Positions 35,599-51,449 of a stretch of DNA of 64,000 nt are shown in pieces (the first letter of the stretch is position 1; each line of letters starts with the position of its first letter). Source of the stretch: Escherichia phage vB_EcoM_JNE01; the sequence record OR670491; one strand, written 5' to 3'. The notes under the pieces were generated by a model, which did not search any database, was not told where the DNA came from, and saw only the letters and a program-made list of their open reading frames with translations. The position numbers were made by a program, and so were the translations under genes.

Positions 35599-36180
35599 AT
35601 GGCACAACAACAAGTCGCGTTACAGCAAGTACGCACAGGAAAGCAACGTGATTTACCAGATGCCTTAGAAAAAGGACAAATCGGATTCAGTACTGATGTA
35701 GGTCGTGTATTCATAGGTTTACCGTCTACATCAGACCCAGCAAGTTTAGTTGCTGGGCGTACTTGGGTAACTAATCCAAATTCTGGTAAAGAAAACGTAG
35801 AAATTATTACAGAATTTTCACCGTGGCAAACAGTATCAGGGATTGTAAACAGACCATTCGCAGTAGAATTACTTCAGGGTCAACAATCTATTGATGTATT
35901 CATTGATAGTCAGAGTCGAGTATTCTTAGACTACATTGCATATAATACCAATGGCACAGTGTTAGAATCAGGTACAGTACAAATGGTAGCAGTTGGTACT
36001 AATACCTTGATTTCACAATTTAACAACACGAGCCGAAGTGATGCAGTACTTTCAATACTATTTTCTAATCCAGTTTATAATACATCAACTGGAAGTATGC
36101 AATTTAGTATAGAGAATACTGATTACGTTAACTCCGGTTATAACATAGAATTTGTATATCGTGGGTGGGACAAACCTTAA
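35599..36180 (+). CDS. hypothetical protein
   Basis: ORF; AGGAG RBS; palindromic CCTATAATACTATAGG upstream. Confidence 0.5.
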   Translation: MAQQQVALQQVRTGKQRDLPDALEKGQIGFSTDVGRVFIGLPSTSDPASLVAGRTWVTNPNSGKENVEIITEFSPWQTVSGIVNRPFAVELLQGQQSIDVFIDSQSRVFLDYIAYNTNGTVLESGTVQMVAVGTNTLISQFNNTSRSDAVLSILFSNPVYNTSTGSMQFSIENTDYVNSGYNIEFVYRGWDKP

Positions 36181-36198
36181 AGGCGTCCCGCCTTTTTC
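36180..36198 (+). terminator. terminator-like hairpin
   Basis: AAGGCG / CGCCTT stem followed by TTTC. Confidence 0.45.
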
Positions 36199-36245
36199 TT
36201 CCACTAAATTTAACGAAATTAAAAAACATAAGAAAAGGATGACAC

Positions 36246-38564
36246 ATGATCAACGTAACCAAGCGTAATGGAACAAAAGAACCATTAGATTTGGATAAAA
36301 TCCATCAGATTTTATTTTTTGCTGCTGAAGGTCTTAGCGGTATTTCTGTATCAGAAATTGAAATTCGTGCACAGCTTCAATTCTACGAAGGAATCGAAAC
36401 TAAAGAAATCCATGACATTTTGATTAAATCAGCTTCTGAGCTAATTACTGAGGAAACTCCAAACTACCAATATGTTGCTGGTCGCCTGTTGAACTATAGC
36501 ATCCGTAAGCAAGTGTATGGTGATTACGAGCCAATCAAATATTCAGCACATGTTCAGGAAATGGTTGACATTGAAATCTATGATGCTGAGATTCTAGAAA
36601 AGTATACTCTTCAAGAAATTGAAGAACTTGGTAAGTACATCAAACATAAGCGTGATGATAAATTCACTTATGTTGCAATGCGTCAATGGGAAGGGAAATA
36701 CCTTTACAAAAACCGTGTAACCAAAAAAATCTACGAAACTCCACAGATGGCATATATGACTATTGCAGCAATCATCTTTATGGAGTATGATCGTTCAATT
36801 CGTATGTCTTACGTTAAGAAGTTCTATGATGCAGTAAGTAACTTTGACCTAAGCCTACCAACTCCAATCATGGCAGGACTACGCACAAATACGCGTCAGT
36901 TTAGCTCATGTGTAGTACTGAACGTTGGTGATAGCCTAGACAGCATTGGTTCCTCTAACCATGCCATTCTTCGTTATATCTCCCGTAAAGCAGGTCTAGG
37001 TGTCAACATGGGTCGTATCCGTGCACTTGACTCTGAGATCCGTGGTGGTGATGCAGTGCATACTGGTTTGATTCCATTCATTGCTGGTGTTGCTAAAACA
37101 GTTAAAAGCTGTTCACAAGGTGGTGTTCGTGGTGGTGCAGCAACTGTACACTTCCCGTTATGGCATCTTGAATTTGATAGCCTAATTGTACTGAAGAACA
37201 ACAAAGGTACTGAGTTCAACCGTGTGCGTCAATTGGACTATTGTTTCCAAGTGAATAAAACACTATATCAACGTTTAGTTGATGGTAAGAACATCACCTT
37301 CTTTAGTCCTAATGAAGTTCCAGGGCTATATGAAGCATTCTGTTCTAACCAAAAAGAATTCGAACGTCTATACAAAAAATACGAAGCTGACCCAGCAATT
37401 CGTAAAATCAGTAAACCAGCAGTTGAAGTGTTCTCTACACTAATGACTGAACGTTCTGAAACTGGTCGCATTTATATTCAAAACATCGATCATGCAAACA
37501 CTCACTCAACATTCGATGAGAGTATTGCACCAATCGAACAATCCAACCTTTGTCAAGAAATCGCATTGCCATCTGTGCCATTCGATGACATTAACACTGG
37601 TGACGGACTGATTAGCCTATGTACACTAAGTGCAATTAACTGGGGTAACTTTGATAAGCCAGAAGATATGGAAACTGCATGTGATCTATCCATCCGTGCT
37701 CTTGACTCCTTGTTGGATTACCAAGACTATCCAGTAGTACATGCTGACCGTGCTACCAATCTATATCGCCCACTAGGTGTAGGTATCATTAACTTCGCAT
37801 ACTTCCTAGCTAAACGTGGATTGAAGTACAATGAGCAAGCACTTGAAACTGTAAACACTTGGGCTGAAGCATGGTCTTATTACTTGCTTAAATCCTCTGT
37901 TCAGTTAGCAAAAGAAAAAGGTCGTTGTGAAGGGTTTGAAAACCTAAAATATGCTAAAGGTATTCTACCAATCGATACATATAAATCAGATATTGATGAA
38001 CTAGTAGGTACTGAATTAAAACAAGATTGGGAATCTCTACGTGCTGATATCAAAACTTACGGTATCCGTAACGCTACAACTATGGCACTAATGCCAGCAG
38101 AAACCAGTGCACAGATTAGTAACAGTACTAACGGTATTGAGAAACCTCGTTCACTAGTATCTACTAAACTATCTAAAGATGGTATCTTGCGTCAAGTAGT
38201 TCCAGAGATTCATAAGTTGAAAAACAAATATGATTTACTATGGGATCAAAAAGATAACATTGGTTATCTACAAATTTGTGGTGTACTACAAAAATACATT
38301 GACCAAAGTATTAGTGTGAATACCAGCTACAACCCAGCACATAGTCCTGATGGTAAAATCTCTATGACTACACTTCTAACTGAAGTCATGTATGCATATA
38401 AAGTTGGTTTGAAAAACTTGTATTATCACAATACAAATGATGGTTCAGATGAAATTGATGTTGATAAAGCACTAAAAGATGCATCAACTAAAGAGAACAA
38501 CGGTCTAGTACTTCCTGACCTATCAGGTGAAGACCTAGATGGTTGTGATAGCTGCAAGATCTAA
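36246..38564 (+). CDS. nrdA: ribonucleotide reductase class Ia large subunit NrdA
   Basis: N-terminal ATP-cone; catalytic-core blocks; C-terminal CxxC tail (CDSCKI); 772 aa. Confidence 0.95.
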   Translation: MINVTKRNGTKEPLDLDKIHQILFFAAEGLSGISVSEIEIRAQLQFYEGIETKEIHDILIKSASELITEETPNYQYVAGRLLNYSIRKQVYGDYEPIKYSAHVQEMVDIEIYDAEILEKYTLQEIEELGKYIKHKRDDKFTYVAMRQWEGKYLYKNRVTKKIYETPQMAYMTIAAIIFMEYDRSIRMSYVKKFYDAVSNFDLSLPTPIMAGLRTNTRQFSSCVVLNVGDSLDSIGSSNHAILRYISRKAGLGVNMGRIRALDSEIRGGDAVHTGLIPFIAGVAKTVKSCSQGGVRGGAATVHFPLWHLEFDSLIVLKNNKGTEFNRVRQLDYCFQVNKTLYQRLVDGKNITFFSPNEVPGLYEAFCSNQKEFERLYKKYEADPAIRKISKPAVEVFSTLMTERSETGRIYIQNIDHANTHSTFDESIAPIEQSNLCQEIALPSVPFDDINTGDGLISLCTLSAINWGNFDKPEDMETACDLSIRALDSLLDYQDYPVVHADRATNLYRPLGVGIINFAYFLAKRGLKYNEQALETVNTWAEAWSYYLLKSSVQLAKEKGRCEGFENLKYAKGILPIDTYKSDIDELVGTELKQDWESLRADIKTYGIRNATTMALMPAETSAQISNSTNGIEKPRSLVSTKLSKDGILRQVVPEIHKLKNKYDLLWDQKDNIGYLQICGVLQKYIDQSISVNTSYNPAHSPDGKISMTTLLTEVMYAYKVGLKNLYYHNTNDGSDEIDVDKALKDASTKENNGLVLPDLSGEDLDGCDSCKI

Positions 38565-38576
38565 TAATTATAATTA

Positions 38577-38600
38577 ATCCCACTTCGGTGGGATTTTTCT
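38577..38600 (+). terminator. rho-independent terminator
   Basis: ATCCCAC / GTGGGAT stem with TTCG loop, followed by TTTTT. Confidence 0.6.
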
Positions 38601-38615
38601 TAAAGTGGAGATATA

Positions 38616-39389
38616 ATGAAAATTGATTATCACAATCCAATCCCATTAGATTTCATTGAGGAATTTTGGGACGAGCTTGACATAGATCTTATTGCAAGGT
38701 ATCAAAAATTACCGGAAGATTTCATAAAGAAACATTTTGATAAAATGAATCCTAATATGTTAGTTCGATATCAAACAATGACTACCGATTTTATTAAAGA
38801 AAAATGGGAATGGTTTGATAAAAACGTAATTGCAACGTATGTGGTTATGCCATTGGAATTGATAATGGAAAAGTGGGATGATTTTAAAGGTAATTTTCTT
38901 GATACCGTTGCGAAATATCAAACAATGACTGTGGATTTCATTAAAGAAAAATGGAATGACCTTACTGAATTTTCCGATGGTGTAATGTCAGAAATATCCA
39001 GATATCAAAAATTAACTCTTGACTTCATACAAGAAAAATGGGATTATATTGATAAAAATTATATCTCTTATTATCAAACACTAACAGTTGATTTTATAAA
39101 AGAAAATTTAGCTGCATTAAATGTCGCTGCCGTATCCGCATTCCAAATTATGGAAGACGATGTTCGAGCTATGCTAGGATTAAATTCACCTGCTGAAACG
39201 ATCACAGGAAAACAAATTCTTGCTTTTGATCCGTGTGCTGATGGGATGGCACGATATCATGCACATACGCCAGATGACAACACTGTACTGACGTGGAATG
39301 AACTTTTAGAAAAACATTTAGGTACACAAGCTGGCATCAGTGACATTCACTGGTTGTCGTATAAATTGGGTCATAAAATTAATACATAA
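38616..39389 (+). CDS. tandem-repeat protein (7 copies of a ~24-aa DFIKEKW...YQTL unit) between nrdA and nrdB
   Basis: Repeats: LDFIEEFWDELD..ARYQKL, EDFIKKHFDKMN..VRYQTM, TDFIKEKWEWFDKN..TY, LELIMEKWDDF..KYQTM, VDFIKEKWNDL..RYQKL, LDFIQEKWDYIDKN..YYQTL, VDFIKENL; distinct C-terminal ~75 aa. Confidence 0.6.
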   Translation: MKIDYHNPIPLDFIEEFWDELDIDLIARYQKLPEDFIKKHFDKMNPNMLVRYQTMTTDFIKEKWEWFDKNVIATYVVMPLELIMEKWDDFKGNFLDTVAKYQTMTVDFIKEKWNDLTEFSDGVMSEISRYQKLTLDFIQEKWDYIDKNYISYYQTLTVDFIKENLAALNVAAVSAFQIMEDDVRAMLGLNSPAETITGKQILAFDPCADGMARYHAHTPDDNTVLTWNELLEKHLGTQAGISDIHWLSYKLGHKINT

Positions 39390-39398
39390 GGAAATGTA

Positions 39399-40523
39399 AT
39401 GTCCGTATTTAAAATTAACGAAAAATCGCATCTAGAAAAAAATATGTTCTTTGATGAAAGTGTTGACATTCAACGCTTTGAGAGTGTAAAGTACTCTGCA
39501 CTTGAAAAACTCACTGAGCAACAGAAAAGCTTTTTCTGGACTCCAGGTGAAGTAGACGTTTCGAAAGATAAGATTGACTTTGCATCTCTTTCTGTAGCTG
39601 AGAAGCATATCTTTACATCTAACCTAAAACGTCAAATCCTTCTAGATTCAGTACAAGGACGTGGCCCGAATCTAATGCTACTTCCATATGCGTCACTGCC
39701 TGAACTAGAAAACTTTATTGAGACTTGGGCTTTCTTTGAAGGTGCAATTCACAGTAAATCATATACACATATTATTCGTAACATCTATCCTAATCCTTCT
39801 GAAGTATTTGATACTATGTTGGACATTCCAGAGATTACTTCATGTGCTGCTGATGTATCTAAGTATTATGATTCTCTAGATGAACTAGGAACTCTATACA
39901 AATTGTTAGGTGAAGGTACACATACTATCAATGGTAAAGAAGTTATTGTTGATATGTACGAACTTAAAAAGCGTATGTGGTTGTGCCTGAACAGTATCAA
40001 CATCCTTGAGGGTGTACGATTCTATGCGAGCTTTGCATGTTCATGGGCGTTTGCTGAAAATAAACTAATGGAAGGTAATGCTAAAATCATCCGTCTAATC
40101 TGTCGTGATGAGAACCTTCACTTAGCAGCAACACAAATGATCTTGCGTTTGCTCAAGAAAGAAGATCCAGATTTTGCTAAACTTGCAGAAGAATGTGCAG
40201 ATGAAGTTCAAGACATGTTTATGCAAGCAATCAAACAAGAAGAAGAGTGGGCTGACTTCCTATTCAAAGATGGCTCCATTATCGGTTTGAACGCAGAAAT
40301 CCTTAAACAGTATGTACGTTATATCGGTGCTAAACGTATGAATGCGTTAGGTATTAAACCTCCATTCACTGTATCTAAACATAACCCTATCCCTTGGACT
40401 GAACACTGGGTTAGTGGTGGTTCTGTACAGGTAGCTCCACAAGAAACTGAAATCAGTTCTTACATCATCGGTGGTATTGTGAATGATGTAACTGAAGGTG
40501 CATTTGCACCATTCAAACTATAA
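39399..40523 (+). CDS. nrdB: ribonucleotide reductase class Ia small subunit NrdB
   Basis: Di-iron/tyrosyl-radical core including FFEGAIHSKSY; 374 aa. Confidence 0.9.
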   Translation: MSVFKINEKSHLEKNMFFDESVDIQRFESVKYSALEKLTEQQKSFFWTPGEVDVSKDKIDFASLSVAEKHIFTSNLKRQILLDSVQGRGPNLMLLPYASLPELENFIETWAFFEGAIHSKSYTHIIRNIYPNPSEVFDTMLDIPEITSCAADVSKYYDSLDELGTLYKLLGEGTHTINGKEVIVDMYELKKRMWLCLNSINILEGVRFYASFACSWAFAENKLMEGNAKIIRLICRDENLHLAATQMILRLLKKEDPDFAKLAEECADEVQDMFMQAIKQEEEWADFLFKDGSIIGLNAEILKQYVRYIGAKRMNALGIKPPFTVSKHNPIPWTEHWVSGGSVQVAPQETEISSYIIGGIVNDVTEGAFAPFKL

Positions 40524-40533
40524 GATTAAACGA

Positions 40534-40555
40534 GGGATTCACATGAATCCCTTTA
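40534..40555 (+). terminator. terminator-like hairpin
   Basis: GGGATTC / GAATCCC stem followed by TTT. Confidence 0.45.
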
Positions 40556-40570
40556 CTATGGATTAAGAAT

Positions 40571-40756
40571 ATGAAAGATATTTTCACGATAGATCCTGGC
40601 GTTGTCTATGACTTCTATCTCGTTGGTGGACTTAAGGTTTCTGGTCCAGTTATCCAAGCTGCCCCAAATGGTCTAGTACTGATTGATGGCACACACATTG
40701 TTCAAGAGCACATCATTATGTTTAAACCGCAATATGATGAAAATTCTGGACAATAA
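40571..40756 (+). CDS. small hypothetical beta-rich protein
   Basis: 61-aa ORF downstream of nrdB. Confidence 0.4.
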   Translation: MKDIFTIDPGVVYDFYLVGGLKVSGPVIQAAPNGLVLIDGTHIVQEHIIMFKPQYDENSGQ

Positions 40757-40765
40757 CAAGCACTG

Positions 40766-40774
40766 TGATATAAT
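40766..40774 (+). promoter_or_regulatory. early-type promoter (TGATATAAT)
   Basis: CTGTGATATAAT upstream of 40803. Confidence 0.5.
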
Positions 40775-40784
40775 TATTTTGTAA

Positions 40785-41036
<252 letters not shown>

Positions 41037-41048
41037 GAGGATATAATA

Positions 41049-42172
<1,124 letters not shown>

Positions 42173-42173
42173 T

Positions 42174-42206
42174 AAAAAAAGGGAGCAACATAAGTTTGCT
42201 CCCTTT
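42174..42206. terminator. bidirectional rho-independent terminator between convergent genes
   Basis: A-run, GGGAGCAA / TTGCTCCC stem, T-run. Confidence 0.65.
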
Positions 42207-42211
42207 ATAGT

Positions 42212-42883
<672 letters not shown>

Positions 42884-42890
42884 TTATTAA

Positions 42891-43562
<672 letters not shown>

Positions 43563-43564
43563 TT

Positions 43565-43615
<51 letters not shown>

Positions 43616-43703
43616 TTGTTAATCTCCAATCTTATTGTTATTTTTATAAAGTATTTACCTAAATTTATTAAATTTTGATAGTTAATAGGAGGCGAAGTAT
43701 TAT

Positions 43704-45022
<1,319 letters not shown>

Positions 45023-45044
45023 CACATAATCAGTTGAGGGAACA

Positions 45045-46385
45045 ATGACTAAACTTAAGCTTACGGATAAGCAACAATCAATTTTTGATCACTTTATAGA
45101 TCGTGTACACAACTTCCCAGGAAAAACCGAAGCAGTACTAGCTGCTCCAGCAGGGACAGGTAAAACGTTCACGACTGCGGAGATTGTTAAGGCTTTATGT
45201 AAGAATTACAATATCGCTGTAACATCTCCAACACATAAAGCCAACGCTGTAATTAGAGAAATGCTAATTAACAATGCTGGTCTAACCAAAGAAGATGCAC
45301 AGGTCAGTACTATTCACTCTTTTCTAGGATTGAAACTAGTCTATGAAAAGAACCGTCAAGTACTGAAACATGACCCACAAAGTAAAGTAAGTAATACTAA
45401 CGTTGATATTCTAATTGTTGACGAATGTAGTATGATTTCTGAAGAACTATTTCAGCATATCAAAGATCAGTTGTGGCGTGTTCGTAGGGCTGTTTTGTTC
45501 ATTGGGGATAGATGCCAGTTGCCACCAGTTGAAGCTGAGGGTACGCTAGGAGAAACAAAACTATCACCGTCCTTTGATGTTAGTACACAATACGAATTGA
45601 CAGAAGTTCTTCGTCAAGCATTGGATAACCCGATTCTTGCAATTGCTACTTCTATTCGTGAATGCATCGGAACTTCTAAGAACCCGTTTGATATTATGCA
45701 TCAAACCTACGGTCTTAGTACTATCACTCCAATTGAAGATGAAGACTTATTTCTTGAAGTCTATCGTGAATTCATTATGGAGAACAAAGGTTCTGCGAAG
45801 AAAATCTTTGAGTTCGTGAATGATAACAAAATCTTGGCATACACTAACTACAGAGTAAACCTTGCTAATATCTTCATTCGCAGCCAACTATTTGAAGTAC
45901 CAGAAGAATTCACCAAAGGTGAACCGATTGTATTTGAGAGTATTACAGAGAACAGTCCATACGTTGTCCAGCAGATCATTCAATGTCCTGAAGTGAAGCC
46001 TGAGAGTTTTATGGGTATTGAATGCTGGCAATTCAGACTCCCTAATGGTAGTTACATTTTGGGTGTTGGACCAGAGACACGTATTGCAATGGAAGCAAAA
46101 CTTGATGAGTTAGTGAAAAACATCGAGAAGAAAGAAAAAAATCCATTGACGCAGAAACCATACATGTGGCAAGATTACTATGTAATTAAAAACAAATTAC
46201 ATATTATCAACTATCCATATGCAACAACTGTTCATAAGTCTCAAGGAAGTACGTTTGATAACATTTGGTTTGATCCTGACTTCATTGAACGTATTGGAAG
46301 TAATGACACTAAGTGTCGTATCCTTTACACTGCAATGACCAGACCACGTTACAACGTTATGCTAAGACAAAACGCTAGATTCTAA
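45045..46385 (+). CDS. dda: Dda-like SF1 DNA helicase
   Basis: Walker A AAPAGTGKTF; Walker B IVDECSM; C-terminal TVHKSQGSTFD; 446 aa versus 439 aa for T4 Dda. Confidence 0.85.
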   Translation: MTKLKLTDKQQSIFDHFIDRVHNFPGKTEAVLAAPAGTGKTFTTAEIVKALCKNYNIAVTSPTHKANAVIREMLINNAGLTKEDAQVSTIHSFLGLKLVYEKNRQVLKHDPQSKVSNTNVDILIVDECSMISEELFQHIKDQLWRVRRAVLFIGDRCQLPPVEAEGTLGETKLSPSFDVSTQYELTEVLRQALDNPILAIATSIRECIGTSKNPFDIMHQTYGLSTITPIEDEDLFLEVYREFIMENKGSAKKIFEFVNDNKILAYTNYRVNLANIFIRSQLFEVPEEFTKGEPIVFESITENSPYVVQQIIQCPEVKPESFMGIECWQFRLPNGSYILGVGPETRIAMEAKLDELVKNIEKKEKNPLTQKPYMWQDYYVIKNKLHIINYPYATTVHKSQGSTFDNIWFDPDFIERIGSNDTKCRILYTAMTRPRYNVMLRQNARF

Positions 46386-46466
46386 TCACACAATTTATAT
46401 ACACAAATAAATTTGATTTTTAATAATAAATAATCAAAAGTGTTTTGTATTATGGAGAAATATACA

Positions 46467-47033
46467 ATGAACAATTTACTACACATGTTCCAGATTGACG
46501 TAGCAGGTACGAACCTAGACAACATCCCTTACTACAAGTATGAGGACTATGATTCATCTTCCCCTACTACTGCACCAACCGACCAACAAACTATTGATAA
46601 GTCCGTGGCACTACTACGTTACTTACAAGTAACACGTTTGCTATCCACCTATTCTGTACCAGTTTACTACACAATTGAGTTTGCAACCCCAGGAACTGCA
46701 AAGACAATTCCTACTGGTGCAACCCTAAAAGTTGGTTACATTAGCTATGAGCCATTCCTAAGCACTCTAAGTGAAGAAGAATTAGATGCTCTAAACACCG
46801 AAGATCTTAAAACTGCAAAAGCAGCCGAGATCATCAAGGAACTAATCAACAATTCACTAAAAGGTGACGGTACTAATTCTATTGAGAATGAACAAATCAC
46901 TGTACAAAAAACCATCCAACGTGTTAACAACGCACTGGATCGTACCAATGTTGATTTCATTGAACTAGAAAACGTGTACCTAAACGTACCTTCTGTTGCT
47001 GATGCAAGTACTGTAGCTTACATCAAACTATAA
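46467..47033 (+). CDS. hypothetical protein
   Basis: ORF from the ATG at 46467 with GGAG RBS. Confidence 0.5.
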   Translation: MNNLLHMFQIDVAGTNLDNIPYYKYEDYDSSSPTTAPTDQQTIDKSVALLRYLQVTRLLSTYSVPVYYTIEFATPGTAKTIPTGATLKVGYISYEPFLSTLSEEELDALNTEDLKTAKAAEIIKELINNSLKGDGTNSIENEQITVQKTIQRVNNALDRTNVDFIELENVYLNVPSVADASTVAYIKL

Positions 47034-47055
47034 TTTTTTACATGGAGTTCTTGAC

Positions 47056-47250
47056 ATGACTGACAAAACCTTTTATGATCGTATTATTGAAGACAAGGGT
47101 GTGTTTGATAAAGTAATCTATGATTTGGAACTAATGATCAAAGATTCCCCTAACCCACGAATGCGTACACAGGCTGAGTTTGCAAAAACTTACTTAGTTC
47201 AAGTTCAAGCAATTTGTGAAGCGATTAAAAAACATAACGATGGTGCTTGA
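47056..47250 (+). CDS. small hypothetical protein
   Basis: 64-aa ORF; its 3' end overlaps the promoter of the IF3-like gene. Confidence 0.4.
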   Translation: MTDKTFYDRIIEDKGVFDKVIYDLELMIKDSPNPRMRTQAEFAKTYLVQVQAICEAIKKHNDGA

Positions 47251-47275
47251 CATTACCACCATCAAAATATATAAT
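47247..47275 (+). promoter_or_regulatory. consensus sigma70 promoter (TTGACA, 17-bp spacer, TATAAT) with -35 inside a hairpin loop
   Basis: TTGACA at 47247..47252; TATAAT at 47270..47275; GATGGTG / CACCATC inverted repeat flanks the -35. Confidence 0.6.
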
Positions 47276-47319
47276 TATTACCGTAACGAACATTATAAAA
47301 CATTGGAGCTTTTTATTAC

Positions 47320-48379
<1,060 letters not shown>

Positions 48380-48395
48380 AAAATAATTTACTAAA

Positions 48396-50559
<2,164 letters not shown>

Positions 50560-50560
<1 letters not shown>

Positions 50561-51348
50561 TGCCAAGTAAGAGCAAAAGTCAAGCTAAATTCATGGCGGC
50601 GGCCGCCCACAATCCTGAGTTTGCAAAGAAAGCTGGGATTTCCCAGGATGCAGCAAAGGAGTGGAACAATGCTGACGAGAAAGAAGGTAATTTGAAGAAA
50701 GGTTCCAAGTTGCCTAACAAGGTAAAAGAATCCAGTATGCGTGGTTTGGTTGATATCATTCAAGATGCAGAAATTTCTCAAGACATTGAAGAAACATGTG
50801 ATACAATGGTTGAACCTGAAGATAAAGAAACACTAGAAGAAATGCCACAACGTTTTGATAGTTTCCAAGGACAAGACCGTGATGAGTTCGTTGATAAAAC
50901 TGCTGAACTCACTGGTAAACACAACATGGTTCCATTTGCAAAGCATAAAGATTTTGATGTTATGATGAGTAAAAACGGAACGGGCTTTATTGCTTATGAT
51001 AAGAAAGGTAAGCAGTTGGGTATTGTCAGTGGTCATCTATCTAATGATGCAGTGGTTGGTGTTCGACAAGTGTTTGAGATTGCAGCAACAGCATCTAAAA
51101 CAGGAACAAAAGGTATCATCTACAATATCTTTATGGATATGGTAGCAAATGGTATCGCAGTACTAAGCGACAGCTTACATACTGATGACGCAATTAAATT
51201 CTGGACACGACTAATCGGGTCACATCAGGTTTATATTGTGGGTGGTGGCGAAGTTCTCGCCAAAGCAACTCCAGAGAAAGTACACAAGTACTGGAGTGAT
51301 GATGAAAACAGCCCAAGTGCTGAACTACAATTACTATTAGTAAAATAA
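50560..51348 (+). CDS. hypothetical protein
   Basis: ORF with ATGA overlap; N-terminal SKSQAKFMAAAAHNPEFAKKAG block. Confidence 0.5.
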
Positions 51349-51353
51349 ATTAT

Positions 51354-51385
51354 ATCGGGGCATTATATGCCTCGATATTTTTTTG
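51354..51385 (+). terminator. rho-independent terminator
   Basis: ATCGGGGCA / TGCCTCGAT stem with one G-U pair, followed by TTTTTTT. Confidence 0.6.
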
Positions 51386-51403
51386 GAACAACAAAAACGT
51401 CAA

Positions 51404-51412
51404 TGATATAAT
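51404..51412 (+). promoter_or_regulatory. early-type promoter (TGATATAAT)
   Basis: CAATGATATAAT upstream of the topoisomerase gene. Confidence 0.5.
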
Positions 51413-51449
51413 TTGATGAGACAAAGAGACATTGAAAAAAGGAATTATA

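Noticed and set aside
36246-40523. Group I intron or intein in nrdA/nrdB, as seen in some T4-like phages
   Set aside because: Both ORFs are uninterrupted and of normal length (772 and 374 aa); the insert between them is a protein-coding repeat gene, not an intron.
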